From: Octopus bimaculoides
Lineage: Eukaryota
Direction: 5' to 3'
Assembly (NCBI RefSeq): GCF_001194135.2
Contig: NC_068990.1
Location: 12,621,415 to 12,685,414, forward strand
DNA: 64,000 bases
Below, one piece after another: positions 13,163 to 25,480 of the stretch. A program made the translations under genes and the position numbers. Below the pieces are notes generated by a model, which did not search any database, was not told the origin of the DNA, and saw nothing but the letters and a program-made list of their open reading frames with translations. Position 1 is the first letter of the stretch; every line of letters begins with the position of its first letter.

Positions 13163-13650
13163 NNNNNNNNNNNNNNNNNNNNNNNNNNNNNNNNNNNNNN
13201 NNNNNNNNNNNNNNNNNNNNNNNNNNNNNNNNNNNNNNNNNNNNNNNNNNNNNNNNNNNNNNNNNNNNNNNNNNNNNNNNNNNNNNNNNNNNNNNNNNNN
13301 NNNNNNNNNNNNNNNNNNNNNNNNNNNNNNNNNNNNNNNNNNNNNNNNNNNNNNNNNNNNNNNNNNNNNNNNNNNNNNNNNNNNNNNNNNNNNNNNNNNN
13401 NNNNNNNNNNNNNNNNNNNNNNNNNNNNNNNNNNNNNNNNNNNNNNNNNNNNNNNNNNNNNNNNNNNNNNNNNNNNNNNNNNNNNNNNNNNNNNNNNNNN
13501 NNNNNNNNNNNNNNNNNNNNNNNNNNNNNNNNNNNNNNNNNNNNNNNNNNNNNNNNNNNNNNNNNNNNNNNNNNNNNNNNNNNNNNNNNNNNGTATTTAT
13601 TATATATTATTTATATATATATATATATATATGTATGCATTTATTATATA

Positions 13651-13687
<37 letters not shown>

Positions 13688-14370
13688 GTTAAAGCAATCT
13701 TGTTTGTTGTTCAGGAAATTAATTGTGCTTTGACGATCTTTAATCACAATATGTCACTTCCTGCAGCATCAGAATTCTTTATATCAGTAGTTTTCAAACT
13801 AATAAATATCAGGACCCTACAAAAGTATCAGTGAAATTTTTTGCCACTCTCCTACTGGACTTTGTTAATAAGAAGGCATAATAGAGTTTGCATCCATAGT
13901 TATTATTTATATTTTGCCATTATATTAGACAATTTCTAAAACCATCTTAATTGTTTTAAACATTGCAATTTGTCTGCTCCTTTTGTAATCACATCCCCTA
14001 TCCCTATAAAAAAAACACTGGTCTGTAATGCTTTGTTGTGATCTCTAATGTGTTCATTCTTTCTATTGTCGTTCATTTCTATTCATTCTTTCTGTGTCCA
14101 TGCCCACATCAAGCCTGAGCCTGTAGACCCATTATCAAAAATTTTCTAGCCATGAATATCCTCTCTTTTTAGTGGTATCTAGAACTGCACTATGCAAAGT
14201 GGCTTCAGATCATTAGCTTGAATCGATAGAAGTATGGTTGTTTTTTCTAGCAAGTCGAACAACTATGTAGAGGCTTCTTCAATGACTTCATGTCCTATGC
14301 TTGTTACGGAGTAATATAGACTAACCATTCTATGCAACACTCTAGTGTTTCTACTAGTTTGCTAATATTA

Positions 14371-14752
14371 CTGTGTGGTAAGTAGCTTGCTTACCAACCA
14401 CATGGTTCTGGGTTCAGTCCTACTGTGTGGCACCTTCAGCAAATGTTTTCTACTATAGCTTCAGGCCGACCAAAGCCTTGTAAGTGGATTTGGTGGATGG
14501 AAACTGAAAGAAGCTCATCGTATATGTGTGTGTGTGTATGTGTGTGTTTGTCCCCTCCCCACCATCGCTTGACTACTAGTGCTGCTGTGTTTATGTCCCT
14601 CCCCATAACTTAGCAGTTCACCGAAAGAGACCAATACAATAAGTACTAGGCTTACAAAGAATAAGTCCTGCGGTTGATTTATTCAACTAAAGGTGGTGCT
14701 CCAGCAGGGCCGCAGTCAAATGACTGAAACAAATAAAAGAGTAAAAGAGAAT
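14371..14752 (+). mobile_element. SINE family A, near complete
   Basis: Head to tail, ending gactgaaacaaataaaagagtaaaagag. Confidence 0.9.
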
Positions 14753-14759
14753 AGGCTAA

Positions 14760-15520
14760 ATGCCTGAAATTTTGTTGTAGTAGGGTAGTCCTTTGCACCA
14801 ACTTCAGTGTTTAGCTGGTATTTATTTTATCATCTTTGAAAGGATGAACGGCAAAGACAATATTCTTTTCTACTCTAAGCACAAGGCCCGAAATGTTGGG
14901 GGAGGGGGCCAGTTGATTAGATCAACTCCAGTACGCAACTGATACTTAATTTATCAAGCCTGAAAGGATGAAAAGTAAAGTTTACCTTGGCAGAATTTGA
15001 ACTCAGAATGTAGTAAAAACAGACAAAACACCGCTAAGTATTTTGCTCGTCATGCTAACAATTCTGCCAGCTCACCACCTGAGAGGCAAAGATAATATTG
15101 GCACAATTTGAGCTCAGGGCATAAACACAGAAAAAATTCTGCAAAGCATTCTGTCCAGTGTTCCTACAAATCTGCCAGCTCACCGTCTCTATGTAATACA
15201 TGTTGACCTCAGCAAGGTTTGAACTCATAGTTGTTCAGAGGACCAGAATATCTACTGCATAGTGTTGTGTCTAGTGCTCTAAATCACTCTGCCGAAACAC
15301 CTCCTATTCTTTCTAATTTTGGCACAAGGCCAGCAATTCTGAGGGTGAATGAATAAGTTGATTACATCAAGCCCAATGCTTGATTTGTACTTAATTCCTC
15401 AATCATGAGAGAATGAAAGGACAAATCAATCTCAGAAAAATTTGAACTCAAGACAAAGCTGGAAGAAACACCACTAAACATTTTGTCTGGTGTGCTCATG
15501 ATACTACCTTCTCACTACCT
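14760..15520 (-). mobile_element. Cluster of about four SINE family B copies, one nested (14865-15079)
   Basis: Reverse complements of ggtggtgagctggcagaat...gagttcaaattc...ctttcatcctttc...ggccttgtgc. Confidence 0.85.
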
Positions 15521-15734
15521 TAATCCTTTAGCACTTAAACTGGTTACATCTGGCCAAAATATTCAGCTATTTTTGCATTCAAACTGGCCAGATCCAACAT
15601 CTTGTACCTGCCCAGCAATATCATTTTAGAACTGCACAATCACATCTTCAAAATCTTGAAGCATGATAAAATAAAAACAATGCGAATAAATAAGCATTAC
15701 ACCTGAGAGAGTAAGCTGAACCCTAAAGGGTTAA
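15520..15734. mobile_element. piggyBac-type MITE (TTAA ends)
   Basis: ttaatcctttagca...ccctaaagggttaa termini; interior homologous to 56968-57143. Confidence 0.65.
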
Positions 15735-16169
15735 TATTGCATGTACAACTATTACAAGTACTTGTCCCTGCCATTAGCAAAGGGATCATAAACACAACTT
15801 CATTTTAGATTAAAAGCAAATAAAATTTCTTCACTCTGTAATAATTGGATGCTATATTGTCGGTAGACCTTGTCATTTTTTTTGCCTTCTAAATAGAAAC
15901 ATTTACTTGGCTGTAGGGAAAGTCTTCTTAAAAGTATCTGACAAATAATCAAAATTTCCAATTAGTAATAATTTAAATTTTCCATGTATTCAACTGCTTC
16001 AGAAATATTCTCCATATCAAACTGCTTTGAGCTGTGTAATTTCTGGATAATCATTAGGTGCATTTCTATATTCTTTCGGCAGTTTTGGAACTCATAACTC
16101 ATATTACAAGCATAGGTTATTCAATGATGTTAACCACTACTTCACCATTTCATAGAATAGATTTTTTTT

Positions 16170-16176
16170 TTAATCG

Positions 16177-16213
<37 letters not shown>

Positions 16214-16464
16214 AATGTCCACTTTTTAATGCTTGCATGGGTTGGAGAATGTTTATCGGGTAGATTTTCTATAGCCAGATACCCTTCTTGTTGCCTAGCT
16301 TTACCTGTTTCCAAGTAAGGTAATATATCTCCACAGCAAGACATGCTTTCGCAGAATACTGAAAACGAATAAAACTGCTTATATGACAGTGACCCGTGTT
16401 TACAACTATCCCCCAATGTCAAGACAAAGACACACAACCATTCATGCTCACGCCTACATAAATA

Positions 16465-16528
<64 letters not shown>

Positions 16529-16537
16529 ATACTCGTT

Positions 16538-16582
<45 letters not shown>

Positions 16583-16790
16583 TGTGTGTGTGTGTGTATG
16601 TATGTATATATATATATATATAAAGTGGGTTTCTTTTAGTTACTGTCCACCAAATCCACTCACAAGACAGTGATCAACCTGAGGCTACAGTAGAAGACAC
16701 TTACCTAAGATGCAATGCAGTGGGACTGAACCTGAAACTGTGTGGTTAGGAGGCAAATATCTTAATGACAAAGTCACACCTGTACTTAAT
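16170..16790 (-). mobile_element. SINE family A head joined via compound microsatellite to tail 2 (RTE-like (GAT)n end)
   Basis: Head 16790-16625, (TA)/(TG)/(GA) tract, tail with cctgtttccaag and gcatgggttgg...(CAT)n. Confidence 0.75.
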
Positions 16791-18564
16791 ATTTTAATAC
16801 TTTAATTAATTTCAATCACAGTAACCTAAGTGTGCTGCAGTTAGTTCTTATTGAAATTTTTATTACTTGTCTATGTACAGCTAATTTTAATATTGAAACT
16901 CACCTTTGTGGTTTTTGGTCTTTAACAGAAACTTCATGTAATTTGCATTATTACAATATGCATGTTATTCAATTTTTAGCCAGTTTTGATTTTCAGAATT
17001 GTCTCCCTTTGTCTTTCTTGGTCGGAATTGTCCTTTGTGCTATTTACTATTCTCTTTGTTATGAACGTAATTTCCGTTAAGTGAACGTTATATTTTGGGG
17101 TGCTCATTACATTATGTTATAGCCAACATTGCTCTATATTCTATTTTGAATTTTGCTTTAATGTTGTTTTTGATCATCTAGCATATAAGAGTGATTACAT
17201 ATTCCAGTCACCACATTTTAGTCTCATCTTTGTTGGTATTGTATTGTGCTGTTTCCTTTTAGCTTGTAATAGTATTAACATTCTTGTGGTTTTAGCCACT
17301 AGCTATCATATGGAATATTTGACAGTCTGATGCTGATGTTTTGACTGAGTTAAGTTCCAGAAACATTATGGCTTCGATACTGGTTGTTGTGAGAATTTCT
17401 TTTCTTAGTCTTTTTATACGTCTGTCTATGTGTTTAAGCATGCACCTTTATGTGTATGCACTGAAATTATATTTAAGATATTAAAGAAAGTTTCGTATTT
17501 GTATTGTTTTCTTTGCTCTTGTACATATATGTTTGTTTACATTACATTCGGATGTGTATATTTATATACCCTACCCGCCATTTTCCCATGTATGTTTATG
17601 AATATTTATGTTACTTATGAACAAACAGGCATATGCCAATTTTGATATCCTTTGTATTAAAATAAATTTCTGTTTTGTTTGATAGTTCTTCTTCAAAGCA
17701 TTCAATCCCCACCAGTTATTAAATCATATATTGCAATAAAGAATTTAACCACGACAGCAATACTTCCACTCTTTACTCGCAGATTACCTTTTCGAAAACA
17801 AACATTAAAAAAGCATAAAAGAAGAAAAATATGCTGATTCTACAGAATCCTCATAAGAAATAATGAAAAATTGAAATATTAACATACAAAGAAAGAAAAA
17901 AAAAATCATATTTTTACAAATTGTAGGAATAAAACTAGAAGAAGGAACTTGCAAACAATACACTATAAAGTAATCAGAGTTGATTGAATAAAATACAATA
18001 ACATTTTGGAAATTCAGTATTTATATTTCTTTCTTTATATCAAATAAGTACCACAAACATTTGTCATATTTGAAGGACAGAAACAGATGACTTTTGTCTA
18101 TTTGTTTAATTTTTCTTTATTTAACATTTTATTTAGAGAAGGAAGGAAAGAAAAATAAGAGGTGAATGAGAAAGAAAACTGTTGGCTATGGTTTATTTTA
18201 GAAGTTTCACTTAAAATATTACTTCAAGTTTATGATAATATAGTTTAGAGTAATTTTTTTCTACATTTCACTCAACACAAATAAAATCTATCCATTTCTA
18301 TTCTATAAAGTTGCAAATTAACTAAATTTAAATTAGTAACTATTTATTTCTGTGAGCACTTGACAATAAATACTTGAATACTTTTATTTTTATTTAGTAT
18401 GCATTGTAATTTGTGAGAACAATAGCATCATTGGTTCCATGTTCCTATCAGGCTTATCATTATTTGACAGCATTTCTGATGGCCTAGTTGACTATAAGCA
18501 TCTGCAACTTGGGACATCATTCAAAGAGGACTGGACTTCTATTTAGGATAGTCTTACATATTGA

Positions 18565-18595
<31 letters not shown>

Positions 18596-18619
18596 CATGC
18601 ATGCTTACATATGTATATA

Positions 18620-19153
18620 CGAGAGTGAGTCAAAAAGTAATGCCATTTTGTTTAGGAGAGGTATAATTACCAACAGAGGAAAATCTATCATACATCAAAA
18701 TGAAGCTGGTCCTCTGTGGATTGCATCCCTACTTCTCAACATAGTCACTGTTTTTCGAATGAGAGCATGTATTCCTGCCTTGTAAGATTCTGTTGACTGT
18801 TCTTTGAGCCAGTTCTTTACTACAGTTTTCACTTCCTCATCACTGGAATAATGNNNNNNNNNNTTTGAGCCAGTTCTTTACTACAGTTTTCACTTCCTCA
18901 TCACTGGAATAATGTTTGCCTCTCAAACACTCTTTCATGGGGCCAAAGAGATGATAGTCCAGTGACGATGATAGTTCAGTGACGAGGAAGTGAAAACTGT
19001 AGTGAAGAAGTGGCTCAAAGAACAGTCAAGAGAATTTTACGAGGTAGGGATACATGCTCTCATTCGAAGGTGGAACATTACTATTGAGAGAAATGGTGAT
19101 TATGTTGAGAAGTAGGGATGTGATCCACAGAGGACCAGCTTCATTGTGATGTA
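18620..19153. mobile_element. Foldback mariner derivative made of two transposase 3' ends
   Basis: TA+cgagagtgagtcaaaaagtaatgcc TIR. The left arm (minus) encodes DYHLFGPMKECLRGKHYSSDEEVKTVVK; the right arm (plus) encodes SDEEVKTVVKKWLKEQSREFYEVGIHALIRRWNITIERNGDYVEK*. Confidence 0.85.
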
Positions 19154-19522
19154 AGAAGTTTGCTTCCCAACAACATCACTCTGGGTTGGGTTCCATCCCA
19201 CTGTGTGGAATCCTCAGCAAGTGTCTTCTGCTATAGCGTTGGGCTGACCAAAGACTTGTGAGTTGATATTGTAGACAGAAACTGAAAGAAGCCCATTGCA
19301 TATATATTTCTATGTGTGTGTTTGTGTCTGTCATCCACCACTGCTTGACAACAGTGTTGATGTGTTTAAATCTTTGTAATCTAACAAAAAGCTTGGTCTC
19401 TGTAAAAGAGACTAGGCTTAAAAAAAAATAAGTCCTAGGGCTGATTTGTTTGATGGAAACCTTTCAAGGCAGTGCCCCAATATGGCCACAATCAAATGAC
19501 TGAAACAAGTAAAGTGATAAAA
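19151..19522 (+). mobile_element. SINE family A, truncating the mariner foldback
   Basis: gtaagaagtttgcttccc head to gactgaaacaagtaaag tail. Confidence 0.85.
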
Positions 19523-19542
19523 GGTATATATATATTTATATA

Positions 19543-19706
19543 CAGTGGGGTGCTGAAAAGTTTCTGGCTTTAAGGGTATCACAAAAAGCCTGACTGAAGG
19601 CCCAACCTTCCAAGTTCTTTTATGGGTCTTAGAAAAACTGAAGCATCAATGCAATAAGTTTGTGAATCTGAGAGCGGGAGTATATCAAATAAAATCATAA
19701 TTAACC
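19543..19706 (+). mobile_element. Non-autonomous Tc1/mariner fragment (runs into gap)
   Basis: TA+cagtggggtgctgaaaagtt terminus; LEKLKHQCNKFVNLR..EY-like mariner C-terminal remnant. Confidence 0.6.
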
Positions 19707-19875
19707 NNNNNNNNNNNNNNNNNNNNNNNNNNNNNNNNNNNNNNNNNNNNNNNNNNNNNNNNNNNNNNNNNNNNNNNNNNNNNNNNNNNNNNNNNNNNNN
19801 NNNNNNNNNNNNTATGCGAGTAAAAATAAATACAAAAAAGGTGTTTTTTTTGTTTGATTGTGTATAGAGGAATAT

Positions 19876-20120
19876 ATTATTTTGTTTAAAAGAGTTCCAA
19901 CACTGTCTGTTTTTTATGTTTTATTTATATTCCTGCAGAACCAATGTGGGGTATAGAATATGGAATATACAATATATAATATAATATACCATATATAATA
20001 TAAAATAAAATAAAATAAAAATGGATGGCACCATGAAATAAAGTATTGAATGTAGATGAAATATTGAGTGTTCAATATAAAGGATCAAATATATAAATAT
20101 AAATATATAAATATATATAT
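19876..20120 (-). repeat. Inverted copy of the 12930-13162 repeat
   Basis: aaaagagttccaacactgtctgttt...gagtgttcaatataaaaggatcaaa. Confidence 0.85.
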
Positions 20121-20739
20121 ATACATACATACATACACACACACCTATACATCTGAACACAGGCTTCCACACACAGTTTCTGTCTACCAAATTACACTCA
20201 CAGACGTATTGGTCAGCCTGAGGCTACGATAGAAATCACTTCTTAATCACACAGCCATGTCTGTACCTACTTAAGTGCCATGCCAATTAACTCATCCTGG
20301 CTAATTGACTGATATTTTGGTTAATTTAATCAATGTAGTTGTAACCATTTTTGAACAACATTATCATTGGTGGATTTTGTTAGTGGTTGGGTTGAGGATA
20401 TTATTTCATCTGATTATGTAATTTAATTTCCCCCTAGTAATTATACCATATTGTCTAGAATTATTAGAGCAGTATGTATCAAGTTTATGTGTTTATAACT
20501 TTGTATAATCTATTTTAATTGAAGCAAACACAATCATTTTTACAACATTGTTGGTAACTTAGTTGTGACTGAGGTAAAAGAAAACAAAATATTACTAGCA
20601 TTTTTTTTTTGTTTCTTTCTTGTTTTGTTTTTTTTTCCAGAAAATCCTCACGAAAAAAATATTTTTGTTTGTCAAAAATAGCTATCTGTTAGTGCATAGA
20701 GTTAATATTTGGCTTGCTGTGTTTGCCTAAATATTTCCT

Positions 20740-20741
20740 CT

Positions 20742-20775
<34 letters not shown>

Positions 20776-22190
20776 CCATTGTTGCTGTCATCATCATCAT
20801 CACCATCATCGTCATCGTCGTCGTTGTTGTTGTCACCATTTAACATCTGTTTTCCATGCTGTCATGGGTTGGACAGTTTGGCAGGAGCTAGCAAGCTAGA
20901 GAGAGAGCTACCCCAGGCTTCAATATATTTTATCTTTTACTTATTTCAGTCATTGGACCATGGCCATGCTGAATCACCAGCTGTTTTGGCATGGTTTCTA
21001 TGGCTGGATGCCCTTCCTAACACCAACCACTTTACAAAGTGTACTGGATACTCTTTACATGGCACCAGCATAGGTGTTCTATGCATAGAACCAGCACAAG
21101 TGCTTTATATGTGGCACCAATGGCACCAGCACAAGTGCCTTTATGTCACACCAACATGGAAGCTTTTTTGTGTGACACCAGCACACATGTACTTGCAAGA
21201 TAAGGATCTCTCACTTGAGAGAGAGGAACCAAGAGATTATTGTATGATAGATACTATCAAGAAGATACTTCGCTACCTCAGTGGGACAAATAAGGAGAGG
21301 AAGATGGGAAGGAGTTAGAAGGAGAAATAGAGAGACAGTCAGGATGAGAGAGAGAGGGCCTGCCCTCAGAGCAAAGTGGGAGTAGTGTAAGTAGTTCAGA
21401 AGAGATAGAGGGGTATTTCCATAGGAGTGTGAGGAGAAATGTGTAGAGATAGTAAGTGATGTTGAGAGGAATTGGAAGAGGCTAGGAGTGGGTATGGCGA
21501 GGATTGCAGTAAGTTGTAGGGTGGGGAGAAGATGGGATGTTGGAGAGTTTGATAGAGAACAGAATTATTGAGAGGGTGCATGGCTGTAAAGAACATTCCT
21601 GTATATGTGGATGGTCACAGTTTTACTTAGCTTGACATGTCTTCTCAAGCACAAAAAAATCACCAGAAGTCTTGGCCTCTTGTCATCACTTCTCAGGGAG
21701 GTACAACATCTGAGGATCATTTCTCACCACTTCATCCCACATTTTCCTAGGTCTACTTTTTCCAAGGTTTACCTTTTCCAAGGTCTACCTTTTCCAAGGT
21801 CTACCTTTTCCAAGGTCTACCTTTTCCAAGGTCTACCTTTTCCAAGGTCTACCTTTTCCACTGATTCCTTCCACAATTAGAAATTAGCACTCCTTTATGC
21901 AGCTTTCCCCATCCATACACATCTCATTCCACATATACCCAATTTTTCTCTTAAGTCATTTACACAGTTATACACGTACATTGACATTACTCATCTGGCA
22001 GAGCATGCTGACTTCATTTTTTCCAAGTATGTCCTCTGTAGTTGCAGCTCATGTTTCACTGCCATGTAGCATAACTGTACATACACAGGCATCATACAAT
22101 CTGCCTTTCGCTCTGAAGGAGAGACCATTTGATATCAACAAAGATAGTAGCTCTATAAACTTTGCCCAGCCTGTTTTCATTTTAGCAATT
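20740..22190 (-). mobile_element. 5'-truncated, decayed RTE LINE
   Basis: 22190-21990 encodes KTGWAKFIELLSLLISNGLSLRAKGRLYDACVCTVMLHGSET*; near 21750 GKSRPRKMWDEVV; 3'UTR with ggaagggcatccagc and (GAT)n tail. Confidence 0.8.
21748..21859. repeat. Minisatellite, 7 x 16 bp (aaggtctaccttttcc)
   Basis: Direct count: five perfect units plus two variant units. Confidence 0.97.
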
Positions 22191-22199
22191 TTGCCCAGC

Positions 22200-22245
<46 letters not shown>

Positions 22246-22934
22246 TAGAAAATCATATTTTCTACTTCCTATTTCTTTTTAAACAAACATTGACAATCAT
22301 TGAGTCTTGAGATTGTCAAATCTGTGAAATCACTGGTGATAATTTAAAAAGATAATTTTAAAAAAGTCAATAATTCTAGGTAGTTTTTGTCATCCATCAT
22401 ATGACATGCATAAAATATTTCATAATGATTTTGCTAATTTGATTTAAAGCATAAAGTGGGAAAAAAGAAAGAGAGGTGGTGAGCTGAAACTCATGGGAGA
22501 TTTTTAACGTTGATCTATTTCAGGTTGATAGCATAGAATCTGTGGGTGACTACTTTGCAACACAAATGGGCAATAATTCATGTCCCAAAACAACATTGTC
22601 AACCCGATTCTCTGATAAAAATGCCAGCATAATTGACCACTTATTTTACAGAGATTCTTCTTCTACCATTTCCTCTACTTCAGGAATTTTGTTCAGACAT
22701 TTCTCTCATCACTTGCTTCATTTTTATTGAATTGATATAATGTGGTACAGCCTTGTATCTCGTCAATAGCAAGTCACTTCCTAGACTTGTCCTTCAATCA
22801 TATTTTAGCCTCTCAACACCCAATGAAAACCGACCCCTTATGAATACTCCCCACCACTTTGTCAAGGATGTTTCTTCTTTTTCCGTTTTCCTATTTCTTC
22901 ATGTCTTGCAAGTTACTCAGTCACTTCCCTAATG

Positions 22935-23135
22935 CCAGTGGCATGAAAAAAAGCACCCAGTATATGCTGTACAGTGGTTGGCATTAGGAAGGGCATCCAA
23001 CTGTAAAAGCTATGCCAAAGCTGATGTTGGAGTTTGTTGTGGCCCTTTGACTTGCCAGATCTTGATTCTGAGAAATTGTCCAACTTACCCCAACATGGAA
23101 AACATGTTAAATGAAGATGATGATGATGATGATGA
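22935..23135 (+). mobile_element. RTE-type 3' tail insertion
   Basis: ggttggcattaggaagggcatcc...catggaaaacatgttaaatgaagatgatgat. Confidence 0.75.
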
Positions 23136-24950
23136 TACCTAATTGTATTAAAATTAAGGCAAATCAATATGTTAAATTAGATATTAACTATTTAGAACCT
23201 GAGTAAAAAGTAAAAGCTATAAAGCAGCTATCGAATAGTGGTGATGCTGTCAAATTAGTGAATTAATGTTGATGTCACTGTAAATACTTCATGTCTTCTT
23301 TCAGCTTTCATAGATGAAAAAAAAATTACCTAACATCATCAAACACTGTTAAATGGTTTAATAATTATAAACCTAGATAAGAACTTTGGATGGTGACTGG
23401 AATTTTAGTTTCTGTGAAACATAGAGATAACATGTCTCGAGAACAGTTGAAGATTGCAAATCCAGAGAAAAGAATTGTAAAAAAAAATATACTTCTCTTT
23501 TGTAAAACAAATATTCACTTTCACAACCAGGTTAGAAAATTTACATAAAATGCTTAACTCAGTCGTTAACTCTAGACATTATGAAAATCATATTTAAAAA
23601 AATAAATAAGAAGACTTTATCAAGCCAGCTCTCAAAAAAAAAAAAAAAACGAAATTTACTTCTTAATCATTTTATTGATGTTGAAGGTAGAAAAACTGGA
23701 GATCTGAAGTGACTTGCAGAACATAGTAAGATGTTACTCTAGTATAGAAGACACTCAGTTTTCTCAGAATGGATACAGTGATAATAAGAACAACAATATT
23801 CTTCTACTACAACATTAACTTTTAAGCCTATATTTGTTAAGGAAACTAAAAAAAATATTAATGATTTGAAAACAAAGCAAAGTACTAGCTATGCCGTTTT
23901 CTTTACTTGTCTTCTGCAGTTCTTGAGGGCTACATTAGCTGAATCCCATTGTTTGCAAATTAATCAATCGATTCAAAGTTTTGTATCTTCTGACCCTTTA
24001 AAACTCATTAAAATTATTCCTATTTTAAAGGAAAATAGAAAGTAGTTTTTGAATTGTTCACCAATTTCTTTACTTTCTAGCATACCTAAAGTATTTGGAA
24101 AAGATAATTTTCTTCTACTATATTTTTTTACTGATGAAAATTACCTAGTTTTAAAAAAATAAACAGCTTAGTTTTTGCAGAAATAATTCCACAGAGAATG
24201 CAAGCCTTGAGCTGATCGAACAAATTGAAGGCTATTTAAGACAATAAGACAAATAAATATAACAACTTGATTGGCAATTATCTTTTTAAGCTTGTGGCAT
24301 TGGAGACAACCATCATTACTTGTCCCTTCAACTTCGACCTTCGTATCTGAACTTGAGGCTAAAATAACCTAGGCAACAGGAGAAATAGAGGAGATTAATT
24401 GGTTCCATGAGAATCACTGTTGCCATAATGAGGGGCAACTCCTCCATCATAATATCCTGCACTACTGGCTCGTTACAGTAATGATTTTCTCTTTATAGAT
24501 TTTGTAATGGTTTTTAGAAAATGAAAGCTTAAATTATAATTTTGTTTTCTTTTCTGTTTATAATATTTGGATTTCAGCACTACAAAAACAAAAAAAACAA
24601 AAAAGTGATTAATATCTGAGATAACTAAGAAGAAACACCCATTGGATTATCTCTGGGCCTTTCAAAAGCTTTCAGCACTTTGGATCACAATATTCAACTC
24701 TATAAATTACATTATTAAGAAATTAAGAATCGAATACACCCAGTTCCACAGATACCTCATTAATCGATATTCATTTGTTGTAGTATCCACAAGGTTCCAT
24801 TTTAGAACCCCTATTATTTATTATCTATATGAACAACATATCCATGGCTATAAAATTACTAGATTTCATTTTATAACTGGCTGGCACATCACTGATTCCC
24901 TTTTCTACTCTTGAACACAGAAGAACAGTATAAGCATCAAACTTTTAGAT

Positions 24951-25480
24951 GTAGGCATGGCTGTGTGGTAAAAGGTTTGCTTTCCAGCTACGTGGTTCTA
25001 GGTTCAATCTTACTGCATGTCACCTTGGACAAGTGTCTTCTATTATAGCCTCAGGCTGACCAAAACTTTCTGAGGGGGTTTGACTGATGGAAAACTGTAA
25101 ACCTGTTGTGTGTGTGTGTTGCTGTCTCCTACCTTGGCATTACATGATAGTTTAAATCAGTGTTTCTCAGCTATGGTCCATATAGCCCCGGAGAGTCTAT
25201 ATCAGATTGGAGTGGGGTTAGTCTAAAATAGTAATCAAAGGAGTTCATAGATATATAATGGTTAAGAAACCCTGGTTTAAATTGATGTTACTGTTTGTTA
25301 CACAAGCAATGTCCTCTTTTCATCTTCCATGTCTGGTCGTGAGGAAATATTACTTTACCTGGAAACAGGAGATGATTGGCAACACGAATAATAAAAAGGG
25401 CATCTGGCCATAAAAAAATGTACAACAAAATTCCATCTGACCAATGCAAGGATAACTGGACATTAGAATGATGACGATTA
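24951..25480 (+). mobile_element. SINE family A head + tail 2
   Basis: ggcatggctgtgtggtaa head; cctggaaacagg...gggcatctggcc...ggacattagaatgatgacgat tail. Confidence 0.75.
25158..25274. mobile_element. 117-bp hAT-type MITE
   Basis: TIRs cagtgtttctca / taagaaaccctg; exact 8-bp TSD gtttaaat at 25150-25157 and 25275-25282. Confidence 0.9.

Noticed and set aside
18803-18914. Direct duplication of about 50 bp on both sides of a 10-N gap (similar at 8322-8331)
   Set aside because: Typical unmerged contig overlap, so most likely an assembly artefact.
21748-21859. CRISPR-like regular repeat (also the 26-bp units at 48721-48798)
   Set aside because: Head-to-tail units with no unique spacers, no cas genes, and a eukaryotic context.
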